Positions 51,902 to 63,700 of a stretch of DNA of 64,000 bases are shown here, in pieces; positions within the stretch are counted from its first letter, which is position 1; each line of letters begins with the position of its first letter. The stretch is taken from NCBI GenBank assembly GCA_002311645.1, contig DBYW01000011.1:10739-74738 (forward strand). The letters are read 5' to 3'. The notes under the pieces were generated by a model, which was not told the DNA's origin, searched no databases, and worked only from the letters and a program-made list of their open reading frames with translations. The translations under genes and the position numbers were made by a program. Origin of the DNA: Bacteroidales bacterium UBA1176 (lineage in GTDB: Bacteria; Bacteroidota; Bacteroidia; Bacteroidales; WCHB1-69).

Positions 51902-54574
51902 ATGAAAAAAATAACAGGCATATTTTTGATTTCCTTGCTTTTGTTGCAGACACTTGTGGCGCAAGTGCCGAACAGGTTCGTCTACCAGGCGGTGGTGCGG
52001 AACAACAGCAACAATTCGTTGGTCACCAACCAGCAGATAGGTGTCAGGATTTCCATCCGCCAGGGCTCGGAAAATGGCGCGTCCGTATACACGGAGACGC
52101 ACCATCCGACCACGAACGTCAACGGCCTTATGACGGTGGAGGTGGGCGGCGGCACCCCGCAGGGCGGCTCTGTCTTCTCCAACATCGACTGGTCGTTGGG
52201 CACCTTTTTCCTGAAGGTGGACCTCGATCTGAACGGAGGGAACAATTACGTGGACTATTCCACGCAGCAGATATTGAGTGTGCCGTATGCGTTGTATTCC
52301 GAGACCGCCGGCAATGTGCCCACCTTGAACATCACCCCCGTCTCCAACGGCTATGAGTTGGAGTTGTCAAATCCCGGGGGCGGCAGCCAGACCTATTCGC
52401 TGCATCATGGCACGCAGGGACCGCAGGGACCGACAGGTCCGCAGGGACCCTCTGGCCCGCAAGGCCTGGCCGGACACTCCATCAGCGTGCAGTCGGTGCC
52501 CACCTCTAACGGCAATTTGGTGACCATGCACTATTATGACCAGAATGGGCAGCAGCAGAGCGTCCAGTTCAATGTGACGAACGGCCAGCAAGGTCCGCAG
52601 GGCCCCGCCGGCCAGTCGGGCGTGTCGCCCACCATCGTCACCCACCAGTATGCGGACAGCACCGTGGTGGTCATCACGGATGTGGACACCACGCAGTCGT
52701 TCACCATCCGCAACGGCGCGCAGGGTCCCGCCGGCCCTCCGGGTCCCGCCGGCCCTCCGGGAATATCCCCGAGAGTTACCACCACGCCGACCACGAACGG
52801 CACCATCGTCACCATCACCGACTCGGTCGGCACGCGCTCGTTCACGATCCATAACGGCGCCACCGGCCCGCAAGGCCCCGCCGGACAGGACGGCACTCCC
52901 GGCACCCCCGGCTTCTCCCCGACAGTTGCCACCTTTCCGAACAGTAGTGGCACGACCGTCACCATCACGGATGCCACCGGTCCTCACACCTTCACTGTCC
53001 AGAACGGACTCTCCGCCTACCAGATATGGCTGAATGCGGGCAACAGCGGCACCGAGGCTGACTTCCTGGCCGCCACCACGCCCCAGACCCTCTCGCTTTC
53101 CGGCGACCAGCTCTCCATCTCCGGCGGCAACAGCGTGACCCTGCCCATGACGCACACTACGGGCGCCACCGGCCTCTCCGCCTACCAGATATGGCTCAAC
53201 AATGGCCATAGCGGCTCCGAAGCCGACTTCTTGGCCTCCCTGCAAGGCACCAATGGCTACAGCCCAGTGGTTACCATTGAACCGCTCGACTCCATGCGCA
53301 CCCGGCTCACCATCACCGATGCCAACGGCCCGCACGCTTTTGTGCTGCGCAACGGCATCGACGGCGGCCCGTTCATCCAGGAGCAGGCCGACTGGACCGA
53401 GTCTAATGCGTCCGAAAAATCCTATATCCTCAACAAACCGTCGTTGGCGGCTGTGGCCACTTCCGGCAGCTACAACGACCTCTTGAACAGGCCCACGCTT
53501 TTCAGCGGCAACTACAACGACCTGGCCAACCGTCCCACCATACCGACCGTCCCCACCAATGTAGGCGCGTTCAACAACGATGCCGGCTATGTCTCCAATA
53601 GCGGTTGCGACACGGTGGCCTTCTGCGACATGATGGCGCAGGCGAGTCTTCTGAACGCCCGCATTGCTGCCCTGCAGGCCCGGATGGGCCAGGGTGGGGG
53701 AGCCGCCAATGTCACCCTGCCGACGGTTACGACCGCCGCGGTGACGAATATTGGCCATGCGGATGCCACGTGTGGCGGCAATGTGACCTCCGACGGCGGC
53801 GGCATTGTTGCCGCCAAGGGGGTGTGCTGGAACACTACCGGCAGCCCTACCATTGCCGACAACCACACCATAGACGGCGGCGGACGCGGCGCGTTTGTCA
53901 GCGCTGTCCGTGCCTTGGTGCCTGGCACCACCTACCACGTGCGGGCTTACGCCACCAACGACGCGGGCACGGCGTATGGTGACGAGGTAACCTTTACAAC
54001 TGAGCAGCTTCCTGCCGCCGTGGGCGACATTCTCTGCACCGACGGCACGTGGGTCTCCTTAAGCGATTATGCCGCCTCCGGCAAGACCGCCATGGGCGTG
54101 ATCTTCCATGTGGACGACTCCGGCATGCACGGCTGGGCCGTGAATCTGCACGACGACTGCCCATACTACTGTAGATGGGGCGACTACGACACAGACATTC
54201 CCGATTTGCCCAACTTTACGAATAGCACGGTGGCATGTGCCGACACGGCGGGCTACAGTAACACGCAGATCATCCGCAACTATGGAAACGCTGCCACATA
54301 CTCCGCCGCCTGGGCTGTGGACTTTAACAACGGTTGGTACCTGCCTGCCATGGGACAACTGAATACACTGTACAACGCACGCAATACGGTAGAACCATCC
54401 TTGACTGCGGTGGGCGGCACTTTGTTTGGGAATGGTGATCATTTCTGGTCGTCAACAGAATATAGTGAGATCCATGCGTGGTTCGTGACCGGCTATGGCA
54501 CGACCGGCTATGGTTACGTGACCTACCATAATAAGGCCAACGAGCATCTGGTGCGTAGTGTTCGTTCGTTTTAG
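51902..54574 (+). CDS. Collagen-like/tail-fibre-like secreted protein with a C-terminal DUF1566 (Lcl C-terminal)-like lectin-type head
   Basis: GPQGPTGPQGPSGPQGLAG and three further GXY tracts alternate with ~30-aa SPxV...VTITD...F(T/V)(I/V)xNG units. LSAYQIWLN(A/N)G.SG.EADFLA occurs twice. ADWTESNASEKSYILNKP. An Fn3-like VCWNTTGSPT...YHVRAYATNDAGTAYG. GWYLPAMGQLNTLY...FWSSTEY...LVRSVRSF. Confidence 0.8.
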   Translation: MKKITGIFLISLLLLQTLVAQVPNRFVYQAVVRNNSNNSLVTNQQIGVRISIRQGSENGASVYTETHHPTTNVNGLMTVEVGGGTPQGGSVFSNIDWSLGTFFLKVDLDLNGGNNYVDYSTQQILSVPYALYSETAGNVPTLNITPVSNGYELELSNPGGGSQTYSLHHGTQGPQGPTGPQGPSGPQGLAGHSISVQSVPTSNGNLVTMHYYDQNGQQQSVQFNVTNGQQGPQGPAGQSGVSPTIVTHQYADSTVVVITDVDTTQSFTIRNGAQGPAGPPGPAGPPGISPRVTTTPTTNGTIVTITDSVGTRSFTIHNGATGPQGPAGQDGTPGTPGFSPTVATFPNSSGTTVTITDATGPHTFTVQNGLSAYQIWLNAGNSGTEADFLAATTPQTLSLSGDQLSISGGNSVTLPMTHTTGATGLSAYQIWLNNGHSGSEADFLASLQGTNGYSPVVTIEPLDSMRTRLTITDANGPHAFVLRNGIDGGPFIQEQADWTESNASEKSYILNKPSLAAVATSGSYNDLLNRPTLFSGNYNDLANRPTIPTVPTNVGAFNNDAGYVSNSGCDTVAFCDMMAQASLLNARIAALQARMGQGGGAANVTLPTVTTAAVTNIGHADATCGGNVTSDGGGIVAAKGVCWNTTGSPTIADNHTIDGGGRGAFVSAVRALVPGTTYHVRAYATNDAGTAYGDEVTFTTEQLPAAVGDILCTDGTWVSLSDYAASGKTAMGVIFHVDDSGMHGWAVNLHDDCPYYCRWGDYDTDIPDLPNFTNSTVACADTAGYSNTQIIRNYGNAATYSAAWAVDFNNGWYLPAMGQLNTLYNARNTVEPSLTAVGGTLFGNGDHFWSSTEYSEIHAWFVTGYGTTGYGYVTYHNKANEHLVRSVRSF

Positions 54575-54690
54575 GAGTGATCAGTGAATTGTGATCAGTG
54601 ATCAGTGAACAGTGAGGAGATGTTTTTAACCGTAAATCGAAAATAAGAGTGATCAGTGATTAGTGAACAGTGAAGAGGGAGAGGATGTTT
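54575..54690. repeat. Duplicated intergenic unit of the GTGATCAGTGA word family
   Basis: Unit 1 is GAGTGATCAGTGAATTGTGATCAGTGATCAGTGAACAGTGAGGAGATGTTTTTAACCG. Unit 2 is GAGTGATCAGTGATTAGTGAACAGTGAAGAGGGAGAGGATGTTTTAATCG. These are the same words as at 11961-11997. Confidence 0.85.
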
Positions 54691-54712
54691 TAATCGCAAA
54701 CCGCAAATTGTC

Positions 54713-57700
54713 ATGAAAAGAATATATCTGCTGTTGATTTTATGTTTGGGTGTGGTGTCGGCGGTGGCACAGACGCCGGGACAGGCGCCGGTGAGGTTCA
54801 CCTATCAGGCCGTGGTGCGCAACGCTGACGGCGTTCCTTACACGACCGACTATACAGTGCGGATCAGCATCTGGCACAACGCCACGACAGAACCTGCAGG
54901 ACAGCGGGTATATCAGGAGGATCATAAAATTGAAGATCCTGGGAATCCAAATGTTTCAGTAAATGGTGAAATCACACTGACTATCGGCGAAGGAACGAAC
55001 ACATTCGGAAGCTTGGAGAGCATTGACTGGGGCGACGGCACATACTACCTTGTCTCACAATATATTGACGATGCCTTTGATAACGATAACGTGTTTGCCT
55101 CTGGCAGCGTGCAGCTGCTGAGTGTCCCGTATGCGCTTTTCGCGAACCGGGTCGGGGGTGTTGTGCCCACGTCCTATCAGGTGGTGCCGGCCGCCAATGG
55201 CTACACGGTGAGTGTCACCTTCTCGGACGGTCAGGTGCAGACATTTGCGTTGCAGAACGGCAACGACGGGCCGCAGGGCCCTACCGGCTCCACAGGCCCC
55301 ACGGGACCGCAGGGGGCCGCCGGCGTGTCGCCCACGGTCACTGTCAACACCACCTCCTCGCAAGACTCTGTGCTCATCGTGGTGGACAGCGCGGGCGTGC
55401 AGTCCACCTATTCCATACGCTATGGCCAGCGCGGCCCTGCCGGGCCGGCAGGCCAGCCGTACCCCTTCAGCCCGACGGTGACAGTGAGCACCCTCGGCAA
55501 CAACATCATCATTATCATTCCGAGCAGCATGCCGGTATCCTTGACGCATGGCACGGACGGGCCGCAAGGTCCCCAGGGCCCTCGGGGCCCCCGCGGGGTC
55601 TCGGGCGTAAGCCCTTCCATAACCTTCTCCCCGGTGGTCAACGGCGACACCCTCGTGACCATCACCGACACGTTGGGCAACCATGCCTTCATCGTCCGTG
55701 CGGGCGCGCAGGGCGCGAGTGGCAGCCCGGGCGCGGCGGGCACGACAGGTGCCTCGCCCATCGTGAGCACCCAGACCGTCGGCGACGGTATCCTGCTGAC
55801 TGTCAACACTGCCGGCGTGCAACAGCAATACATGATCAGCAACGGAAAGTCCGCCTACCAGGCATGGCTCGACGCCGGCCACACCGGCTCTGAGACCGAC
55901 TTCCTTTCCGGCCTGGAACTCCAGAGCCTTTCCCTTTCCGGACGGAACTTGTCGATACATCCGGGCAACTCGGTTGTGTATCTGCCCGACTCGTTGGGCA
56001 CGACGCAACAGGGTCTCTCCGCTTACCAGGCCTGGCTCAATGCAGGCCATACGGGCACGGAGGCCGACTACCTGCAGTCGCTGCGCGGCGGGGATGGCAC
56101 ATCGGGTGTCACGCCCGTCGTGACCATCGAGGTGCTGGACTCGATGCGCACGCGTGTCACCATCACCTCGGCTGCTTATCCGCAAGGCCAGAGTTTTGTG
56201 GTGCGCAACGGCATTGACGGCTCCTCTTTCGTGCAGGTCCAGTCAGACTGGAACGAGACCTCGACGGGCAGTCCCGCCTACATCCAGAACAAGCCCACCC
56301 TGTCGACGGTGGCTACCACGGGCAACTACAACGACCTGCAAAACAGGCCCACGCTTTTCGACGGCAACTACAATAGCCTTACCAACAGACCCGTTATCCC
56401 GACTGTTCCCACGAATGTAAGTGCATTTGCCAATAATGCAGGCTATATTTCCAATAACGGCTGCGACACGGTGAATTTTTGCGGCCTCGCAAATCTGCTC
56501 CAGTCGCTTTCCGACACGCTCGACGTGATTGAAAGCCGGATTGACACCACCATAGTGCCTCCCACCGTACACACGAATGCGGTGCAGGTTGCGGGCTTGA
56601 CGGCCCATACGGGCGGTGAAGTGCTCTCCGACGGCGGCTCGCCCGTTACGGGCACCGGCGTGTGCTGGGACACTGTGCCGAACCCCACTTTGTCGCACAA
56701 CCACACCATCGATGTCTCCTGGCAGGGACTCTTCAGCAGCACCTTGTTGGGCCTTTCGCCCGCGACCCTCTATTATGTGCGGGCATACGCCACCAACGCC
56801 GCCGGCACAGGTTATGGCAACGAGGTGACGTTCACATCGGGATGCCCCGTCTTTGCAATTGACATTGCGGGTGCGGGAAGCATCTGCCAAGGGGAAGCCA
56901 TCACGCTTGTGGCATCGGGCGCGGTGAACTATGTGTGGAACACCGGAGCACAGACGGCCTCCATCACGGTCACGCCCACGAATTTCGGCACGACGACCTA
57001 CACGGTGACGGCCACCGATGCGGACGGCTGCACGGCCACGGCATCGAAGACGGTGATTGTCAACCCCGTCTTCAGCCAGTCAGTCAGTGTGTCTGTCTGT
57101 GATAGCGAGCTGCCCTACACTTGGAGCGGGCAGACCTACACGGCGAGCGGCGACTATACCCGCACGTTCCAGACCATCAACGGCTGCGACAGTGTGGTGA
57201 CGCTGCACCTGACCGTCAATATGTCGGCGACCACACAGATCAGTGCTACGGCTCTCGACAGTTACACTTGGAACGAGCAGACCTACACGGCGAGCGGCGA
57301 CTATGTGCAACATCTGCAAACCGTTGATGGCTGTGACAGTGCCGTGACGTTACATCTTACAATAAATCATATTCCTGCCGGCGACGCGCAGCCTTGCCCG
57401 GGCACGCCCACCGTCACCGACTACGACGGCAACGTCTATAATACTGTGAAGATCGGTCAGCAGTGCTGGATGAAGGAGAACCTGAGAACGACGCACTATT
57501 CGGATGGGACGGCGATAAATGCTGGATCTTCAAGTAGCATGAATGGCTCATATTGGTTCAAGCCGAATGAAAATGCCTCCAACGTGCAAACTTACGGACG
57601 CTTATACAGCTGGGCGGCTGTGATGCATGGCGCAAGCAGCAGCAACGCCAACCCCAGCAATATACAGGGTGTCTGCCCCACAGGTTGGCATGTGCCGAGC

Positions 57701-60700
57701 GATGCGGAGTGGTCGCAGCTGACGAATTATGTGAAAAGTCAGAGTTTGTACCAATGTAATGGCAGCAACAGCTATATTGCAAAGGCGTTGGCGGCTACAG
57801 AAAACTGGAATAGCCATAATGGAAATTGTGCGGTTGGCAACGACCTTGCGTCAAATAACATTACGGGGTTCAGTGCGTTGCCAGCAGGTAAACGCACAAT
57901 TGTGGTATTTTCAGACAGCTATAGCGAGTTTGGTAAGGAGGCGGTATATTGGTCTGCCACGTCTAATATGTTGACTACAATAATAAAAACGTATGTCATA
58001 TCCTATAATTCTGCTGCTGTAGCGACTGATAGTGAAAATCGCAACAGTGGATTATCTGTACGTTGTCTCCGTGGTAACGGTGTAAACATTCCAGTGGTGA
58101 CCACAGACACCGTCACCAACATTGGCATGGCCACGGCCATGGGCGGTGGTAACGTTGTCTATGACGGTGACGCTGCTGTGACGGCGCGCGGTGTGTGCTG
58201 GAACACTACCGGCACCCCGGCACTTGACGATAGCAACACCGTCTTTACCACCGACGGTAGTGGAACAGGTGCGTTCACAAGCTCGCTTACGGGCCTGCAA
58301 CAGGGCACCACCTACTACGTGCGGGCGTATGCCACCAACAGCGCGGGTACGGCGTATGGCAACGAGGTTAGCTTCACAACTTTGGCCATCCCCGCCGGCG
58401 ACGCACAGCCCTGTCCGAACAACCCCACCGTCACCGACTACGACGGCAACACATACAACACTGTGAAGATCGGTCAGCAATGTTGGATGAAGGAGAACCT
58501 GAGAACGACGCACTATGAGGACGGGGTGGAAATACCAGCGGGCAACAGTGCTTCATACGACGTTGCCTATCGCTACAACCCGTTTGGTTCTTCAGGCAGC
58601 GTGGCCACATACGGCTACCTTTACAACTGGCCTGCGGTGATGCATGGCGACTCCTCCCGCTTTGACACTCCCAGTGGCGTGCAAGGCATCTGCCCGCAAG
58701 GTTGGCACGTGCCGAGCGTTACGGAATGGACGCAGCTGACGGACTATGTGAGCAGCGTTCCCGCATACGTGTGTGGCGAATTTTTTATTGGCGAAATTGC
58801 CAAAGCATTGGCTTCCACAACGGGATGGAACAGTGACAGCGTTTATTGTTCCGTGGGCAATGAACAAAGCACAAACAATACTACGGGATTTAATGCTATG
58901 CCCGTAAGCTTATACTACGGACAATCCGGCTATGGTAGCTACGGCCTCACCGCCTGTTTCTGGAGTTCTACTGAACTCGATAGTCATTTTTCTATTACGG
59001 ATAGTAACCTAGCTATTCAATTTCGTCTCCAAACGGGCGACGACGTGTCCCTGGGCTCCGGCAACAAGTTCAACGGTTTTTCTGTTCGATGCGTCCTTGG
59101 CGACGGAGCGAACCTGCCTGCGGTGACTACATCCAGCGTCTCCAACATCGGTACGACCACCGCCACCGGCGGCGGCAACGTGACCTACGACGGCAACACC
59201 ACGGTGACGGCGCGCGGCGTCTGCTGGAACACCACCGGCACGCCGACCATCAGCGACAGCCACACCACCGACGGCAGCGGAACGGGTGCATTCACCAGCA
59301 GCATAACAGGACTTACTCCCAACACGACCTATTATGTGCGCGCCTACGCCACCAACAGCATGGGCACGGTCTATGGTAACGAAGTTGTCTTCACGACGGG
59401 TTGCCCCTCCTTTACGGTCAGCATCTCAGGTGACGATCAGGTCTGTTTCCCCAATAGCACCGTGCTTCGAGCATCGGGTGCGACGAGCTATGTGTGGAGC
59501 ACGGGCGCGACAGTCCCGAATATCGGAGTGGTGCTTGCCCAGACGACAACCTACACGGTGACGGGTACTGATGCGTGGGGCTGCACGGCCACGGCGACGA
59601 AGACTGTGATAGCATTTCTCCCTGATAATACGACACTGCACGTATCTGCGTGCGATAGCTACGAATGGAACGGAGAGATCTACACACAAAGCGGCGACTA
59701 TACCCAAACTTTCCAGAATGTGCATGGCTGTGACAGCGTGGTGACGTTGCACTTGACCCTGTTGCCTGCGGCTTCCATTACGCCTGCGCAGGTGCCCACC
59801 GTATTCGCTAATACGCCCGTCACCCTCAGTGCCTCGGGAGCCAACATGCTCACGTGGACGGATGAGAACGGCAATGTCGTGGGCTGCGGCAACACGGTGA
59901 CGGTTACGCCGGTGGATACTACCGTCTATACGGTGACCGGCCATGATGAAGATGCGAACTTAGTGGTGAACGGCGACTTTGAGCAAGGGAACACCGGCTT
60001 CACGTCGGGATACACTTATCATACGCAAAACAACGGACCTGGTTATGGAACATATACCATCCGCGATGATGCCTATAACATTTTGGGTAACAACCATCAT
60101 TACGGATACGGCGGTTCCGGTCTATTTATGATTGTGGACGGAGCCAGCACCGCCAACGTGGTGGTGTGGAGCGAGACGGTGAATGTGCAGCCTGGAAGCC
60201 TTTACCGCTTTGCCATGCAGGCGATGATGTTGAGCACGGCCAATCCAACCGCACATTTCAAGATTTTGGTAAATGGTGAACAGCTCGGTGCGGTGGAAAC
60301 CATGCCGAACTCAGATCAGTGGCGGGAGATCCAGCGCTTCTGGAACAGCGGAAGCAACACCACGGCCACCATCACTATTATTGACGAGACCAATAGCGGG
60401 GGTAACAACGACTTTGGCCTCGACGGCATACGTTTTGCGCGGATGACCTCCTGCGACGCCACCGCTTCTGTTCCTGTGGAAGTACTTCACATCCCCGCCG
60501 GCGACGCGCAGCCCTGTCCGAACACCCCCACCGTCACCGACTACGACGGCAACGTCTATAATACTGTGAAGATCGGCAACCAGTGCTGGATGAAGGAGAA
60601 CCTGAGAACGACGCATTATGCGGATGGGGAAGAAGTAACAAGTCGTTTCTCACCTAATAACGACGAGAACAATGTACCCGTTTACGGATATCTCTATAAT

Positions 60701-63700
60701 TGGTCAATAATGATGCATAGTGCTGTCAGCAGCTCCGACAACCCCAGCGGCGTACAAGGTATATGTCCAACAGGTTGGCACTTACCATCCAATGCAGAGT
60801 GGGATCAATTGACAAGTTATGTAAGTAATATTCCACAATACTTATGCAATGACAAAATTGCAAAGGCTTTGGTTTCAACTACGGGATGGAGCATCCACAA
60901 TGGAAACTGCACTCCTGGAAATAATCAAGATTTAAACAATGCTACAGGTTTAAGTATTTTACCTTCGGGTAGTAGTTCTTCGCTAGGTGGTGTTTTCAGC
61001 CAACAAGCAACGTTCTGGAGTGCTACTATAGATATTGGACATGGAGGTGCATGGTTTCGTCGTTTTTCTTACGACAATGCCTACGTAAGTTATGGTACTG
61101 GCAGCGTGAACATCGTTTTTTCCGTCCGTTGCCTCTTGGGCGATGGCGCAAACCTGCCTGCGGTAACCACCTCGGCTGCGAGCAACATCACGGCCAACAC
61201 TGCCGACTGTGGCGGCAACGTGACCTACGACGGCAACACCACCGTGACGGCGCGCGGCGTGTGCTGGAACACCACCGGCACCCCGACCCTCAGCGACAGC
61301 CACACCACCGACGGCACGGGCACGGGTGCGTTCACCAGCACGCTCACCGGCCTGCATGAAAACACTACCTACTACGTGCGGGCCTACGCCACCAATAGCA
61401 TGGGCACGGTCTATGGCGAGGAAAGGGTGTTCACCACGGAGTCCAGCATCTCCAGTGGCGACGCACAACCTTGTCCGAACAATCCCACCGTGACCGACTA
61501 CGACGGCAATGTCTACAACACCGTGAAGATCGGCAACCAGTGCTGGATGAAGGAGAACTTGAGAACGACCCACTTTGCCGACGGCACGGATATAAATTAC
61601 GCGGGTGGAGCGACGGGCAGTAACAATAATTTGTCCAATACAGACGAGTGCTATTATACCACCGCCGGCGATGCGGCCACGTATGGCTATGTCTACAACT
61701 GGTTGGCGGCCATGCACCGTGCAAACGGCAGCGCGGCCAACCCGAGCGGCTTGCAGGGTGTGTGCCCCAATGGCTGGCACCTGCCTTCTCAAGCAGAATG
61801 GAACCAGCTGTTCGACTATGTGCGCAGTGTGCCGGCGTATGGGTGCAACGGCAACTCCAACAGCATCAATAAGGCGTTGGCCTCCGACTTCGGATGGCAG
61901 AGCACCGGAAGCGCCTGCACGCCGGGCAACGACATGAGCTCGAACAACAGCACCGGCTTCAATGCGATGCCTGCGGGCGGCAACGGCGGCTTTGGCCAGG
62001 GCTTCTATGTCTGGAGCGCCACCCCGAGCAGCAGCACCCAGGCTTACTGCGTCGACATATACCGGAACTATGCGGCACCGGTCACCGTGTCCCGCGACTA
62101 CAACGACACCCGCACCGTCCGCTGCGTCCTTGGCGCGGGCGTGAACCCGCCCTCCGTGACCACCGGCCAGGCCAAGCAAACCGGCAACACCTCCGCCTAC
62201 TGCGGCGGCGAGGTGACAGCCGACAACGGCGCCGCCGTCACCGAGCGCGGCATCTGCTGGAGCGCATACCCGAATCAGAATCCGACCGTGGGCGGGCCTC
62301 ACGCTGCCAGCGGCAACGGTATAGGCACCTTCACCGCTGACCTCACAGGGCTGGATCTGTGGGACACCGTTTACTTTGTCCGCGCATACGCCACCAACAG
62401 CGCCGGCACGGCCTACGGAGATGTGATACCCCTTTACCTCTATCCTGTAGTGCCCAAAACCGGCACCGAGACCTACGACATGTACTACAACACCGTGTCG
62501 GTGTTCGACCACGGCGGACCATGGACCGACTATGACGACTATTGTGACGGCCAATTAGTCATCACCGCGCCGACGGCGAACATGATACTGCAAATCTCCG
62601 GCGACTACAATACGGAGGACTGCTGCGACCACCTCCTCATCTACGATGGAAACGGCACCAATGTCCAATTGGCGGACCTCCATGGGACGGGTTCCATCGG
62701 CACGCCCATCCTGACCACCGGCAACACCGTGACCCTGCGCTTTGCCTCTGATTTTTCTGTGACCAATCCTGGCTTCTCGCTGACGGTGGAGGCCATCCAG
62801 CCCGTGGTGCCCGGCAGCGTGATAATCTCCGGCTACGACGTGGTATGCGACGGCGGCACCACCACGCTTACGGCCACCTCCGATGTGAGCGGCACCTACA
62901 CGTGGAGCAATGGCACAACCGGATCGCAAATTACCGTGGGCGCGGGCACCTACACCGTGACCGTAACCTCGGCGACCGGCAACTCCTTGTCGTCTTATCC
63001 TTTCGTGGTCTATGGAGCACAAAGCGCCACCGTGTCGGTACTCCAGTCTGCGTGCGAAAGCTACACCTGGAACGGCAGCACCTACACGCAGAGCGGAGAC
63101 TACACAAAACATCTCACTACCTTGATGGGCTGCGACAGCACCGTGACGCTGCACCTGACGCTTAATCAGGGTACGCACAATGCCTATACGGAAGCCTCCA
63201 ACGGATCCTACACGTGGCATGGCCAGACCTACACCGAGAGTGGGGTCTACACTTACGCCTACACCAATGATGACGGGTGTCCCAGTGTGGACACGCTGCA
63301 TCTTACGGTAAACCACATCCCCGCCGGCGACGCACAGCCCTGCCCGAACAATCCCACTGTCACCGACTACGACGGCAACGTCTACAACACGGTGAAGATC
63401 GGCAACCAGTGCTGGATGAAGGAGAACCTCCGCACCACGCACTACGCCGACGGCGCAGCAATTCCTGCGGGAACCTCTGGCTCTACCTCTGATCCTTACT
63501 ATTATGTATATTCCGGTTTGGATGCCGCCCTCTACGGATACCTCTACAACTGGCCTGCCGTGATGCATGGTGCGGGCAGCACTAACGCCATTCCCAGCGA
63601 CGTGCAGGGTGTCTGCCCGACCGGCTGGCACCTGCCCTCCGACGCAGAGTGGACACAGCTTCTCGGCTATGTGAGCAGTATGTCGGTATACCAATGCGAC

